Shown piece after piece: positions 27,185 through 35,603 of a DNA stretch of 64,000 nucleotides. Source of the DNA: a virus; IMG/VR virus record IMGVR_UViG_3300045684_000050, positions 32,001 through 96,000 of that record. One strand, given 5' to 3'. Each line of letters opens with the position of its first letter. Within the stretch, counting starts at the first letter, position 1. A program made the translations under genes and the position numbers. The notes under the pieces were generated by a model. It ran no database searches. It saw only the letters and a program-made list of their open reading frames with translations, and was not told where the DNA came from.

Positions 27185-27904
27185 CTATAAAGGATTTACC
27201 GTCTGTGAAGCATCTTTGTCATCTGACTTGACATCAGTAGCTAATGTTATATTCAATAAGCCAGCAAGTAACTGTATACATCTCTGGACAACCGACTCTT
27301 GATACTTAGGATCTAAGAAAAACTCTTGGTCTAAGAACTTACATATTGTCTTTTCATCACAAGTCTCATACTTAACTAAATCTAATGGATTCGTAAATGG
27401 GCCTTCTACACTTAATGTCTTTGGCTTCGCTCCTTCTCCATGCAACACATATAAACTTTTCTTACCGGCACGATCTTTTATACTGTAAATATTGCCAGAT
27501 GAAATAAATGACTTTCTCGATCCAGAAAACATAGATAAGTCTCCCCAATTGATAAAATCAAAATTGGTGCCATCAGGTAAAGTGATTTGCTTCAATTGAT
27601 CTCCTAAAAATTCCGGAAGATGCTTTTCAGACTTCATCCAGGTACATCCTACAGGAGGCAGACATGGACACTCATTTAAATCAACTTCACACATATGAAC
27701 ACAATCAAGAAAATATTGATCGATAGTTTCTCTAATTCCGGCCTTTAATTTAGTCTCTTGTTGATTAAAAATAACAGCATTCTTGACCATCATAAAAAAA
27801 CGATACACTAACATATTTGGAAGTGAAATTGCTCGCTGGGGATGCAAACTCTTATCCTCTAGTGGTAAGCGAATATCATCAATATATGATTGTATAGTCC
27901 TCAT
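27185..27904 (-). CDS. Tail ring/tubular protein (crAss-like)
   Basis: 239 aa, ..VEGPFTNP..., C-terminal D.K.DD; synteny. Confidence 0.55.
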   Translation of the reverse strand: MRTIQSYIDDIRLPLEDKSLHPQRAISLPNMLVYRFFMMVKNAVIFNQQETKLKAGIRETIDQYFLDCVHMCEVDLNECPCLPPVGCTWMKSEKHLPEFLGDQLKQITLPDGTNFDFINWGDLSMFSGSRKSFISSGNIYSIKDRAGKKSLYVLHGEGAKPKTLSVEGPFTNPLDLVKYETCDEKTICKFLDQEFFLDPKYQESVVQRCIQLLAGLLNITLATDVKSDDKDASQTVNPL

Positions 27905-27968
27905 TTATCTTTTACGTTTACCCTTCTTCTTTGGATTTTTATTCTTGTTTTTTCCCATGCCATAATTT

Positions 27969-28478
27969 CTATATTTTAGTAGCCAATAAATATCCAGCGG
28001 CCCCCGGAACTAAATACTTTAGCTTCAAAGGACCAAACCCAAAACTAATAATATTTTCAAAAACAGATTTCCTTTTTAATTGCTTGACTTCTAACTCTAA
28101 CTTTTCAATCAAGACATTAGACTCATTTATACTCTTTATGCTCATGTTATACATGGTAGCATATCTCTGAATTTGCATATCCTTCTCTTCAATCTGCATT
28201 CTTAGATTGTCCTTGATATTCACCAAAGACCCTACTACTAAGCTATCTGACTCTATCTGTTTGCCTAATGAAGCAATATACTTATAATTCTGCTCTATCT
28301 CATTCTTGAGCAATGGATTCTCCTCCCATGCTTTATAAAGACTATGCACAACCCAATCATCCAATACAAAAGTCTTGGTCTTAGCTTGGTATAGTTTTAT
28401 TCCTACCTGTGAACTAATACTACTGGATAGTATCAGACTTGTAGAAAGTATTAATAAGATGTATCTCAAGCTCTGCAT
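27969..28478 (-). CDS. Signal-peptide coiled-coil protein, spanin-like partner
   Basis: Hydrophobic N-terminus, long coiled coil, hydrophobic C-terminus; overlaps the upstream gene by 59 nt. Confidence 0.55.
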   Translation of the reverse strand: MQSLRYILLILSTSLILSSSISSQVGIKLYQAKTKTFVLDDWVVHSLYKAWEENPLLKNEIEQNYKYIASLGKQIESDSLVVGSLVNIKDNLRMQIEEKDMQIQRYATMYNMSIKSINESNVLIEKLELEVKQLKRKSVFENIISFGFGPLKLKYLVPGAAGYLLATKI

Positions 28479-28845
28479 TATTATAGATTTTCTTTGACAT
28501 TAATTCTTCTCTAGCTGCTTTCATTTGATCTAGTGCTTTCGCTCTGGTCTTATTTGACCAAGCTAACTTCTTATTCCTGTCTATGTGCTCATCCAAATTT
28601 CTACTCAATACCTCATTCAAAATCTCCAAATCTGCAATCTCATTAGAGGTTACATTTATGCTATCTTGATATATTTCCAACACTTGATTAATTGAATCTA
28701 TGTATTGCTTATGCTTATCGATAGCTAACTCATTGTCACTTGTACGCGTAAAAAACCACCAATTCAATATAAAGCTACATATAAATAAGACACTAAGCAA
28801 TATTGTCTTATTGTATGATATAAATGCTAGTATTTTTTTAGCCAT
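28420..28845 (-). CDS. Single-pass membrane coiled-coil protein, i-spanin-like
   Basis: N-terminal TM (ILLSVLFICSFILNWWFF) then coiled coil, directly after the endolysin. Confidence 0.6.
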   Translation of the reverse strand: MAKKILAFISYNKTILLSVLFICSFILNWWFFTRTSDNELAIDKHKQYIDSINQVLEIYQDSINVTSNEIADLEILNEVLSRNLDEHIDRNKKLAWSNKTRAKALDQMKAAREELMSKKIYNNAELEIHLINTFYKSDTIQ

Positions 28846-28847
28846 GG

Positions 28848-29387
28848 TTATTCTCCTATAAAATTAGTAATCGCATAAACAGTGCTCTTTGCCCTGATAC
28901 TTCTAAATATCCCATCATTACCATTGTCACCCATATCACTCGTATTGGCCTCCACCGTATATAGATAGTTGCCGTGACTTTTGAGATAAAGACCTACGTG
29001 ACCTATTCTACCTTTACTTTCTCTCCAATAAGTTACTGCGTCTCCTGGCTTCGCATCCGTAATCTTACCTCTTTTATTTTTCACGTAAACAGCTTCTGAC
29101 TTCTTAAACCACGAAGGGCTCCAAGCACTATTAGGATTATTAAGAATACCACACTCTCGATATATGTAAGATGTAAATAGAGCACAATAGGGGGTGCCTT
29201 TGCTAAATCCCATTGAACGCTGAAGTTTCTCTATAAAATCCCCATCATTATTATTCGTTTTCTCTCTTATACCAATATAGGTTTCTGCACATTCAATAAC
29301 ACATGATCTATCACTTGACTCATTTGCATAAACAGGTCCACATAATATAATAGACAATGCAATAAGAAACTTTGGCAATATTTTCAT
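28848..29387 (-). CDS. CHAP-domain endolysin with N-terminal signal sequence
   Basis: TPYCALFTSY (catalytic Cys), GHVGLY (His), TVEANT; hydrophobic N-terminus. Confidence 0.85.
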   Translation of the reverse strand: MKILPKFLIALSIILCGPVYANESSDRSCVIECAETYIGIREKTNNNDGDFIEKLQRSMGFSKGTPYCALFTSYIYRECGILNNPNSAWSPSWFKKSEAVYVKNKRGKITDAKPGDAVTYWRESKGRIGHVGLYLKSHGNYLYTVEANTSDMGDNGNDGIFRSIRAKSTVYAITNFIGE

Positions 29388-29426
29388 CCTCCTTGGCTTT
29401 TAATTCACGGAATTCTTTAACATTAC

Positions 29427-29434
29427 AAAGATAA
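29427..29434 (-). promoter_or_regulatory. -7 element (TATCTTTG) upstream of the endolysin
   Basis: TAnnTTTG in the 55-nt gap; no -33 element. Confidence 0.4.
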
Positions 29435-29442
29435 TCTTTTTT

Positions 29443-29871
29443 CTATAATCCGGTTGGAGGTGAATTTAGAATCGCAAAAATTATTGAGAATAAAAAAACA
29501 ACAGAAATAGTCGCTCTTTGCCATCCTTCAAGCTCAGCAAACTGTCCATTAAATATCCCCTCAATGCCTTTATGGATAGAATTGAAACCTATAAATATGA
29601 ATACCCTGGCAAGCAAATATATCGTAAGAAACGACACCATCTTAGTTATCAATATTGAGATAACAGGTAATTGCAAATTATAAATTTCAACAGTTCCTGG
29701 ATCTGATCCGACATTTTCTAAATAATCCTTAAACCAATATAATCCTATAAATATTGTAAGTATTATGAACGTTGCAGGCAGCTCCTTTAGCTGTTTTAAT
29801 GTAGTCCATAAACTCCATTTCTCTTTCACTAATTTTTTCATTGAATCTATTTTTAATTTGTATTGTGCCAT
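29443..29871 (-). CDS. Putative holin (about 3 TM segments)
   Basis: Three hydrophobic stretches; adjacent to the endolysin. Confidence 0.55.
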   Translation of the reverse strand: MAQYKLKIDSMKKLVKEKWSLWTTLKQLKELPATFIILTIFIGLYWFKDYLENVGSDPGTVEIYNLQLPVISILITKMVSFLTIYLLARVFIFIGFNSIHKGIEGIFNGQFAELEGWQRATISVVFLFSIIFAILNSPPTGL

Positions 29872-29969
29872 TTCCTGTGATTTTAGTTAATATTTGATAC
29901 ACTCAAGTATTTCTAAAACCGGAATTTAATATTGTTTTTAAATCCTATTTATGTTTAAGCTCATATCGC

Positions 29970-30137
29970 TTATATTATATTTGCATCTTGCGTTAGTCTA
30001 CCAAGAATATTGTTTACATTTACCAACGATCCTATACTGTTTGCGTTAGTGGCATCAATATCTGTCCCTTTTCTAAAACCCTTAAACTCCCCGTTGTAGA
30101 ACTTGATTCTAAGAAGATACTGTATCTTATGACTCAT
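29970..30137 (-). CDS. Unannotated 55-aa mini-paralog of the MSHKI beta-helix proteins
   Basis: MSHKIQYLLRIKFYNGEFKGFRKGTDIDATNANSIGSLVNVNNILGRLTQDANII; both ends match 38674..40080 and 31730..33148. Confidence 0.65.
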   Translation of the reverse strand: MSHKIQYLLRIKFYNGEFKGFRKGTDIDATNANSIGSLVNVNNILGRLTQDANII

Positions 30138-30146
30138 ATTACTTCA

Positions 30147-31676
30147 TTATTTAAAATTAGCATCCCTTAATATTGTTCCTCCAACAGGATTAACATTTGG
30201 ATCTGCATTACCGATTAATACATTAGTTGCCACATTATTTATAATAACATCATTAGCTTCATCAATATCATCATTAGCAATTGCAGCTACTGTACCATCA
30301 TTTATAAGTTTAGCATTTTGAACTGTTAAACCTAAATCTTGATTACCAGGAGTATCTTGCAATCTAATTACACTTTGAGCGGCTTCTTTAGTATAAAAAT
30401 TACCAGATACTATAGTAGATTGATTAGTAATAAGTTGAGTTGTCCATACAACAGGTCCAGTTTCAGCAACACCATGATTAACATTAATCATAGATTTATG
30501 ATTACCTGCGGAACCATATGCTGTGACAGCAGCAACTGGACAATTATTAGTTGTATAAGCATTATTTACATTAATAGAATTAACACAATTCCTAGAAATA
30601 AACCCACCATTATCTATTAATGCAGTAAATATTCCAGCAGAAATAGTGCCGCGTAAAGTATTGATATTTATATTAATAGCACTATTACCTCCACTAGCTG
30701 TTCCATTTTGTTGATATATAAATCCTAAATTACTTAATTTATTAGCACTTACAGCATCTGCATTATTAACCTCCGTTGTATCATCTAATACAAAATCTGT
30801 AAAATTACCTAATTCTATACCTGGATGTTGAACATCAAATGTTCCTATATTAACATTTATACTAGAATTATTAAAGTATCTACCATAAGAGTTAAATCCT
30901 GCAACTACTGAATTACCAGAACTATATCCGTAAAAATTACCAACATTAGCAGTAACTTTAAGATTTTCACAACTTCTAAGATTTGCTATACCTCTTAAAT
31001 CTTTTGCTACATTAGCACCTCTCTCGTCTACAAAATAGTTTCCTATCTCAATAGCTATATTTCCTGATTGTACCACATTAGTACCACTATCACCAACATA
31101 AAAAAAAGCTAATCCCCATGTTTCTAATGAACTTTCAATAGCATTTACTTGATTAACTTTAATAATAGCATTTACATTTTCTGCTGCCCTAAAAAGAAAA
31201 CCTAGAGGACCAAATGTTATAGTATCTGCATTAAATACTACATCGACCATATCTGTTATATCACCATCTTGTTTTTCAAAAAGAGAACTATTTGCTGCAA
31301 TAAATTTACCGTGTCCTAATATTTTAGTAGATAAATTTCCAGCAACTCTTTTAGAAAATAAATATGGTGATACAGTAACAGCATCATTAACAGAAGTTAA
31401 TCCTGTGTTTTGTTCCCAATACCAGTTTACATTATCTTTTAACAAAAAATCAGTACCCGCACCAGTATGAATGATATCAGGAGATGCCTCTGCAAGACCT
31501 ACTGTCCAAGTACCATCTAATACATGAATTATATCACCAGTTTCTGCTGCTAACCAAGCAGTATGTGGATCTTTCCATGATCTAGATGTATAACCTTTTA
31601 ATGCAGATTGATTATTCCCAGTACTCTTACTAACATATAGTATTCTAGAATTATCTTTTTCAATTAAATATGTCAT
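30147..31676 (-). CDS. Right-handed beta-helix (pectin-lyase-like) tailspike/fibre protein
   Basis: LYVSK..GN......SWKDP..A...A..GD.IHV..GTW N-terminus, Asn/Ile-rich ladder. Confidence 0.65.
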   Translation of the reverse strand: MTYLIEKDNSRILYVSKSTGNNQSALKGYTSRSWKDPHTAWLAAETGDIIHVLDGTWTVGLAEASPDIIHTGAGTDFLLKDNVNWYWEQNTGLTSVNDAVTVSPYLFSKRVAGNLSTKILGHGKFIAANSSLFEKQDGDITDMVDVVFNADTITFGPLGFLFRAAENVNAIIKVNQVNAIESSLETWGLAFFYVGDSGTNVVQSGNIAIEIGNYFVDERGANVAKDLRGIANLRSCENLKVTANVGNFYGYSSGNSVVAGFNSYGRYFNNSSINVNIGTFDVQHPGIELGNFTDFVLDDTTEVNNADAVSANKLSNLGFIYQQNGTASGGNSAINININTLRGTISAGIFTALIDNGGFISRNCVNSINVNNAYTTNNCPVAAVTAYGSAGNHKSMINVNHGVAETGPVVWTTQLITNQSTIVSGNFYTKEAAQSVIRLQDTPGNQDLGLTVQNAKLINDGTVAAIANDDIDEANDVIINNVATNVLIGNADPNVNPVGGTILRDANFK

Positions 31677-31729
31677 TTTTATAATACTTTACTTATAATA
31701 GATTCCAAATATTAAATCATGTGCTGCCA

Positions 31730-33148
31730 TTATATAATATTTGTGTTCCGAGTAATAGTGTCAATGGTCTCTGTTATGTTTACATCTAATACTAAGGAGT
31801 TAGCATAACAATTTATAAAATTAATATTTATAGGAGCACCAGCATTACTAACTACAGGAGCAACATTCATATCATTTATGAAAGTACAATTCTCAAATTG
31901 AATTGTACTATGATCAACAGAATTTCCATTAATTGCAACCACTGGTTGGCCAATTCCTTGTGATTCAAATCTACAGTCTTTAAATATGAGCTTACCTGTA
32001 CCATCTCCGAATTGAAGTTGATTGATTAAAACACAAGGACTTGCTGCTGAAGTAGTATAGTTTCCTGAAATAATAACTCTACTGCTTTCAGAAATATGTG
32101 GATCATATACTCCTATTGCAGGTTGACCTGTAGTAAATCCATTTTCACAATGAAATTTAGCCATACTACCAAGTCTAAAGTCACTACCTTGAAGAGATAA
32201 AATTTGCCTATTTGAATAAACTGCTCCATAATTGATATCCCATATACAAGCCTCGTTTAATGCTCCACCCGGTCCAGCAAAAGCAAACATTCCTCCAATT
32301 AATCCAGCATCATTTGAAACAGATGAATAAGGTTGCAATAAATTACCAGAATTAGAAAAATCTCGTATACTTCCAACTCTTACAACATAATTACCTCTTG
32401 TAACTCCAACATCTGTTTGAAAATATACAGGTGTCAATCTCATGTATGAGCCTGGATTGCATCTTATGTGACCTATTTCTATGAAATCGAGAGTATCTGA
32501 AGGACCTCCTGAAGGTTGCATTCTACATCCTCTTGAAACAACAGGATTTTGATCCATTTCAAGATAATCAATTTTAATATATCTTTCATATGTGTTAGCT
32601 CCATTAGGAGAAGTTCTTGAAGAATATCCTGTCCTTCCTGTACCTTGAATAAGCTCCCTTATTTTTATGTCAGACCTATTAGCATGACTATAAACACCAT
32701 CAACTCCGTCAGTAATAGTAATTCTATCAGATTCAAGATTAAATTGACCATTATATTGACCTACACCTAATACTCGCCCACTTGAACTATTTGAAGAAAA
32801 TTCACCATGTCCCAGAATAGATACATCATATCCAGATAGATCAGTCTCAACGATTTCATCACCAAATCCAAAAGCGATGACATTTGTAATCATGTCATTT
32901 TTTATAAACTTAACACCTGCTTCTAGGTAGTAGAATATTCTTATACCGTCACGACCAAAAGACGGATTTATTCCTGCAAAATCATAAACACCTTGTCTAA
33001 CATGAATAGTATCTCCATCATTTACAAGAGGTATTACCGTCTGTATGTTTTGATACGGACGCTCTGCATCACCCATTCTACCTGACATATCGTTACCATC
33101 AAGAGATACGAACCAAGTTCTATTATGTTTATGTATTTTATGACTCAT
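31730..33148 (-). CDS. Beta-helix tailspike/fibre paralog
   Basis: WFVSLDGND.SG..GD..RPYQNIQ......DGDTIHVRQGVY; C-terminal IFKDCRFES..FENCTFIN. Confidence 0.7.
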   Translation of the reverse strand: MSHKIHKHNRTWFVSLDGNDMSGRMGDAERPYQNIQTVIPLVNDGDTIHVRQGVYDFAGINPSFGRDGIRIFYYLEAGVKFIKNDMITNVIAFGFGDEIVETDLSGYDVSILGHGEFSSNSSSGRVLGVGQYNGQFNLESDRITITDGVDGVYSHANRSDIKIRELIQGTGRTGYSSRTSPNGANTYERYIKIDYLEMDQNPVVSRGCRMQPSGGPSDTLDFIEIGHIRCNPGSYMRLTPVYFQTDVGVTRGNYVVRVGSIRDFSNSGNLLQPYSSVSNDAGLIGGMFAFAGPGGALNEACIWDINYGAVYSNRQILSLQGSDFRLGSMAKFHCENGFTTGQPAIGVYDPHISESSRVIISGNYTTSAASPCVLINQLQFGDGTGKLIFKDCRFESQGIGQPVVAINGNSVDHSTIQFENCTFINDMNVAPVVSNAGAPININFINCYANSLVLDVNITETIDTITRNTNII

Positions 33149-33221
33149 TTTATATATATAGCGTTTGTCTATCTATTGTCTGACCAACTTCTATTACATT
33201 AGGGTCTGTTATTAATTCTTT

Positions 33222-33488
33222 TTATATCATTATGCCGTTAATAGCTGCTGAAACATCTTGATTAGATGCGTTAGCTTCTATTGTTAATACTAACTCATCA
33301 TATACTCCAGCAATTGTTCTCCCTAGCCTTAATGCTCGTGATATGTTACCTACTGTTTGAGCTGATCTTGACGCTCCTACGCCACTAGCTACTACATATC
33401 CTCTGTTAGCCGCACTTGCTACATTGACATCTAACTTACCGTATGTGGTAGAGCCTGAACCTGATTTAATATATGAGCTATTAATCAT
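33222..33488 (-). CDS. Small structural protein or gene remnant
   Basis: 88-aa ORF; ALRLGRTIAGVYDELVLTI resembles the C-terminus of longer phage tail proteins. Confidence 0.5.
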   Translation of the reverse strand: MINSSYIKSGSGSTTYGKLDVNVASAANRGYVVASGVGASRSAQTVGNISRALRLGRTIAGVYDELVLTIEANASNQDVSAAINGIMI

Positions 33489-33654
33489 TTAAATTTAACT
33501 TTATTTCCACCTCGATACTTTCCACTTTATCTTGGATGCCTTTGGTGATTATGAATGTTTTAAGTATTTCCTGCCCTAATTCTGTTTTAGATGCTATATC
33601 CAACAACCTATCTGCTATTTCTTTAGGTAAATTTACTTCTTTAATTTTAGTCAT
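33481..33654 (-). CDS. Unannotated 57-aa ORF, possible fibre chaperone (MTKIKEVNLPKEIADRLLDIASKTELGQEILKTFIITKGIQDKVESIEVEIKLNLND)
   Basis: Manual translation; directly follows the fibre gene; stop overlaps the next ATG. Confidence 0.6.
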   Translation of the reverse strand: MTKIKEVNLPKEIADRLLDIASKTELGQEILKTFIITKGIQDKVESIEVEIKLNLND

Positions 33655-33665
33655 TGTTTATTTTT

Positions 33666-35603
33666 TTAATACATTGCATTCCAGCTACTACCATCGTAAC
33701 CTTCATGTTTACTTGTTGTTGCATTCCATCTAATATCGCCAGCAGTAGCCGAAGAAAATGCTACTTGATTTGTTAATCTTAGTATATCTGTTTTAGTGTT
33801 CCCACTAACTTCTAATGTTTCAGAAGGAGCTGAATTATTAATTCCTACTCTTTTTGTATTTCCTGTTAAAAACAAAACATCAGCTTCAGTACCATGAGTT
33901 GTTCTATATGAAAAAGCTAAATTAGCTAGATTTCCTGTAGTTGTAATAGCTCTAATACCCATTCCTCTAGAACCATCTCCAAAATTCATTACAGGTGTCA
34001 TACCTGCTCCTGCTGTAATTGGGATATTAAATTTATATCCAGAACTTCCTATTGATCCTCCAAAACTAGTACTAGTTGCTTTAAATGTTAAATAACCTGT
34101 ACCACTTCCTCCTGAAGTATAACAATCTATTGTACTTGAGTTAGTTGTAGTGTTATACATTCTAAGACTATTAGTACCATAGGTAATCCTTAATCCATCT
34201 GCATCTGTTACTCCTGATTGCTCAACTTGTAATTTTGATGATGGTATTATAGTTCCTATTCCGACGTTGCCTGTGTTTTTAATTGTTAACCTATCATTAC
34301 TTAAAAATACATCACCGTCTGCTTCTGCTTCAAATGAAAATTCACCAGCAAGATAATTATACAAACTAAATTGACCACCTTCGCCTGTTTGACCCAAATA
34401 AAAGTCGTCCTGCCCTGTCGATTTTTCCCAAATTATTAACGAGTTACCACTACCTCCTGGACTTTTTAAAACCAAATCAGTATTTGCCGCATCGTTTAAT
34501 CTTAACGATCCTGTTACATCTAACTTATAAATTGGAGAACTTGTTCCTATTCCGACGTTACCATCATCGTCAATAATCATTCTGTCTAAAGGAGTGTTAT
34601 TAAGTTTGGATGTTTGGAATAATAACCTACTTCCTGCTAATGCATTTACATCGTTGTATATTGTTGCAGGATAATAATTTCCGTCTGTTCCTTTTGCTCC
34701 TAAAATTAAAGAACTGTTCGATCCATCTTGATAAGAATGATTATTAATTCTTATTGAATTTGTACCTGATATATTAGCCTTTGATATATCTAAAAGAAAC
34801 TCAGGAGAACTTGTTCCTATTCCGACGTTACCATCATCTCTTACGTTAAAAATAACGGCATCAGCAGAGTCTTGTACCCTAAATGAATGAGTGGCTGATG
34901 TAGCACCTACTCCTTTTACATGTAAAGTCGTTGAGGGTGATGTAATATTAACCCCATAAAAGTTTGAGTTTACATTAAACCTGCTTTTTAAACTAAAGTT
35001 ATTTGCAAGCCATATATCCCCTCCTGTTATAGTATTTAAATATAAATCTTGAGTGCTTGAAATGTATCCGTAAGAATCATCTTGATTCATAGATAAATAC
35101 TTAGTTCCATCATTATTATATGTTCTTAAATATCTACCATCAAAAGCACTTATTCCTCCAGTAGTTATTTCTCCGTAAACTTGAGCAGTAGCCGATGGTT
35201 GACCATCATAAACTTTTAAACCCCCCGAAGACGTTGCTGTTTCATCTCTATTAATATTAAGAGGGAAATTTCCATACGCATTTATTGAAGATGCCCCTGT
35301 ATTACTCAAAAACATAGGATGATATGTTAAATCATCATTATAGGCTATAAATGAATTCTCCCTATTCCATCCTAACAACGATCTTCTTGTATCATCAAAA
35401 TTCAACCATTCCATATACGCACGGTAAGTCGAAGTATTACCTGCTTTGAACGTTATTAGATCATAAGAATCAGTATCAGTATCATTTATAATAGAAATAC
35501 TAGATTGTTGTATACTAACTGTCCCTGTACCTTCAATAATACCATCCCCAGAAGACAACCTTTCCCAGAAACCCTTCTTATATGTAGTTTCTATATTAAT
35601 CAT
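33666..35603 (-). CDS. Tail fibre protein
   Basis: Repeated (D/T)GNVGIGT.SP and RVGINN..P knob-spacer motifs typical of Bacteroidota phage fibres. Confidence 0.75.
   Translation of the reverse strand: MINIETTYKKGFWERLSSGDGIIEGTGTVSIQQSSISIINDTDTDSYDLITFKAGNTSTYRAYMEWLNFDDTRRSLLGWNRENSFIAYNDDLTYHPMFLSNTGASSINAYGNFPLNINRDETATSSGGLKVYDGQPSATAQVYGEITTGGISAFDGRYLRTYNNDGTKYLSMNQDDSYGYISSTQDLYLNTITGGDIWLANNFSLKSRFNVNSNFYGVNITSPSTTLHVKGVGATSATHSFRVQDSADAVIFNVRDDGNVGIGTSSPEFLLDISKANISGTNSIRINNHSYQDGSNSSLILGAKGTDGNYYPATIYNDVNALAGSRLLFQTSKLNNTPLDRMIIDDDGNVGIGTSSPIYKLDVTGSLRLNDAANTDLVLKSPGGSGNSLIIWEKSTGQDDFYLGQTGEGGQFSLYNYLAGEFSFEAEADGDVFLSNDRLTIKNTGNVGIGTIIPSSKLQVEQSGVTDADGLRITYGTNSLRMYNTTTNSSTIDCYTSGGSGTGYLTFKATSTSFGGSIGSSGYKFNIPITAGAGMTPVMNFGDGSRGMGIRAITTTGNLANLAFSYRTTHGTEADVLFLTGNTKRVGINNSAPSETLEVSGNTKTDILRLTNQVAFSSATAGDIRWNATTSKHEGYDGSSWNAMY

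Noticed and set aside
29976-29985. Plus-strand TATATTTGCA promoter-like match
   Set aside because: Falls within the coding end of the 55-aa ORF, has no -33 element or downstream plus-strand terminator, and is expected by chance in AT-rich DNA
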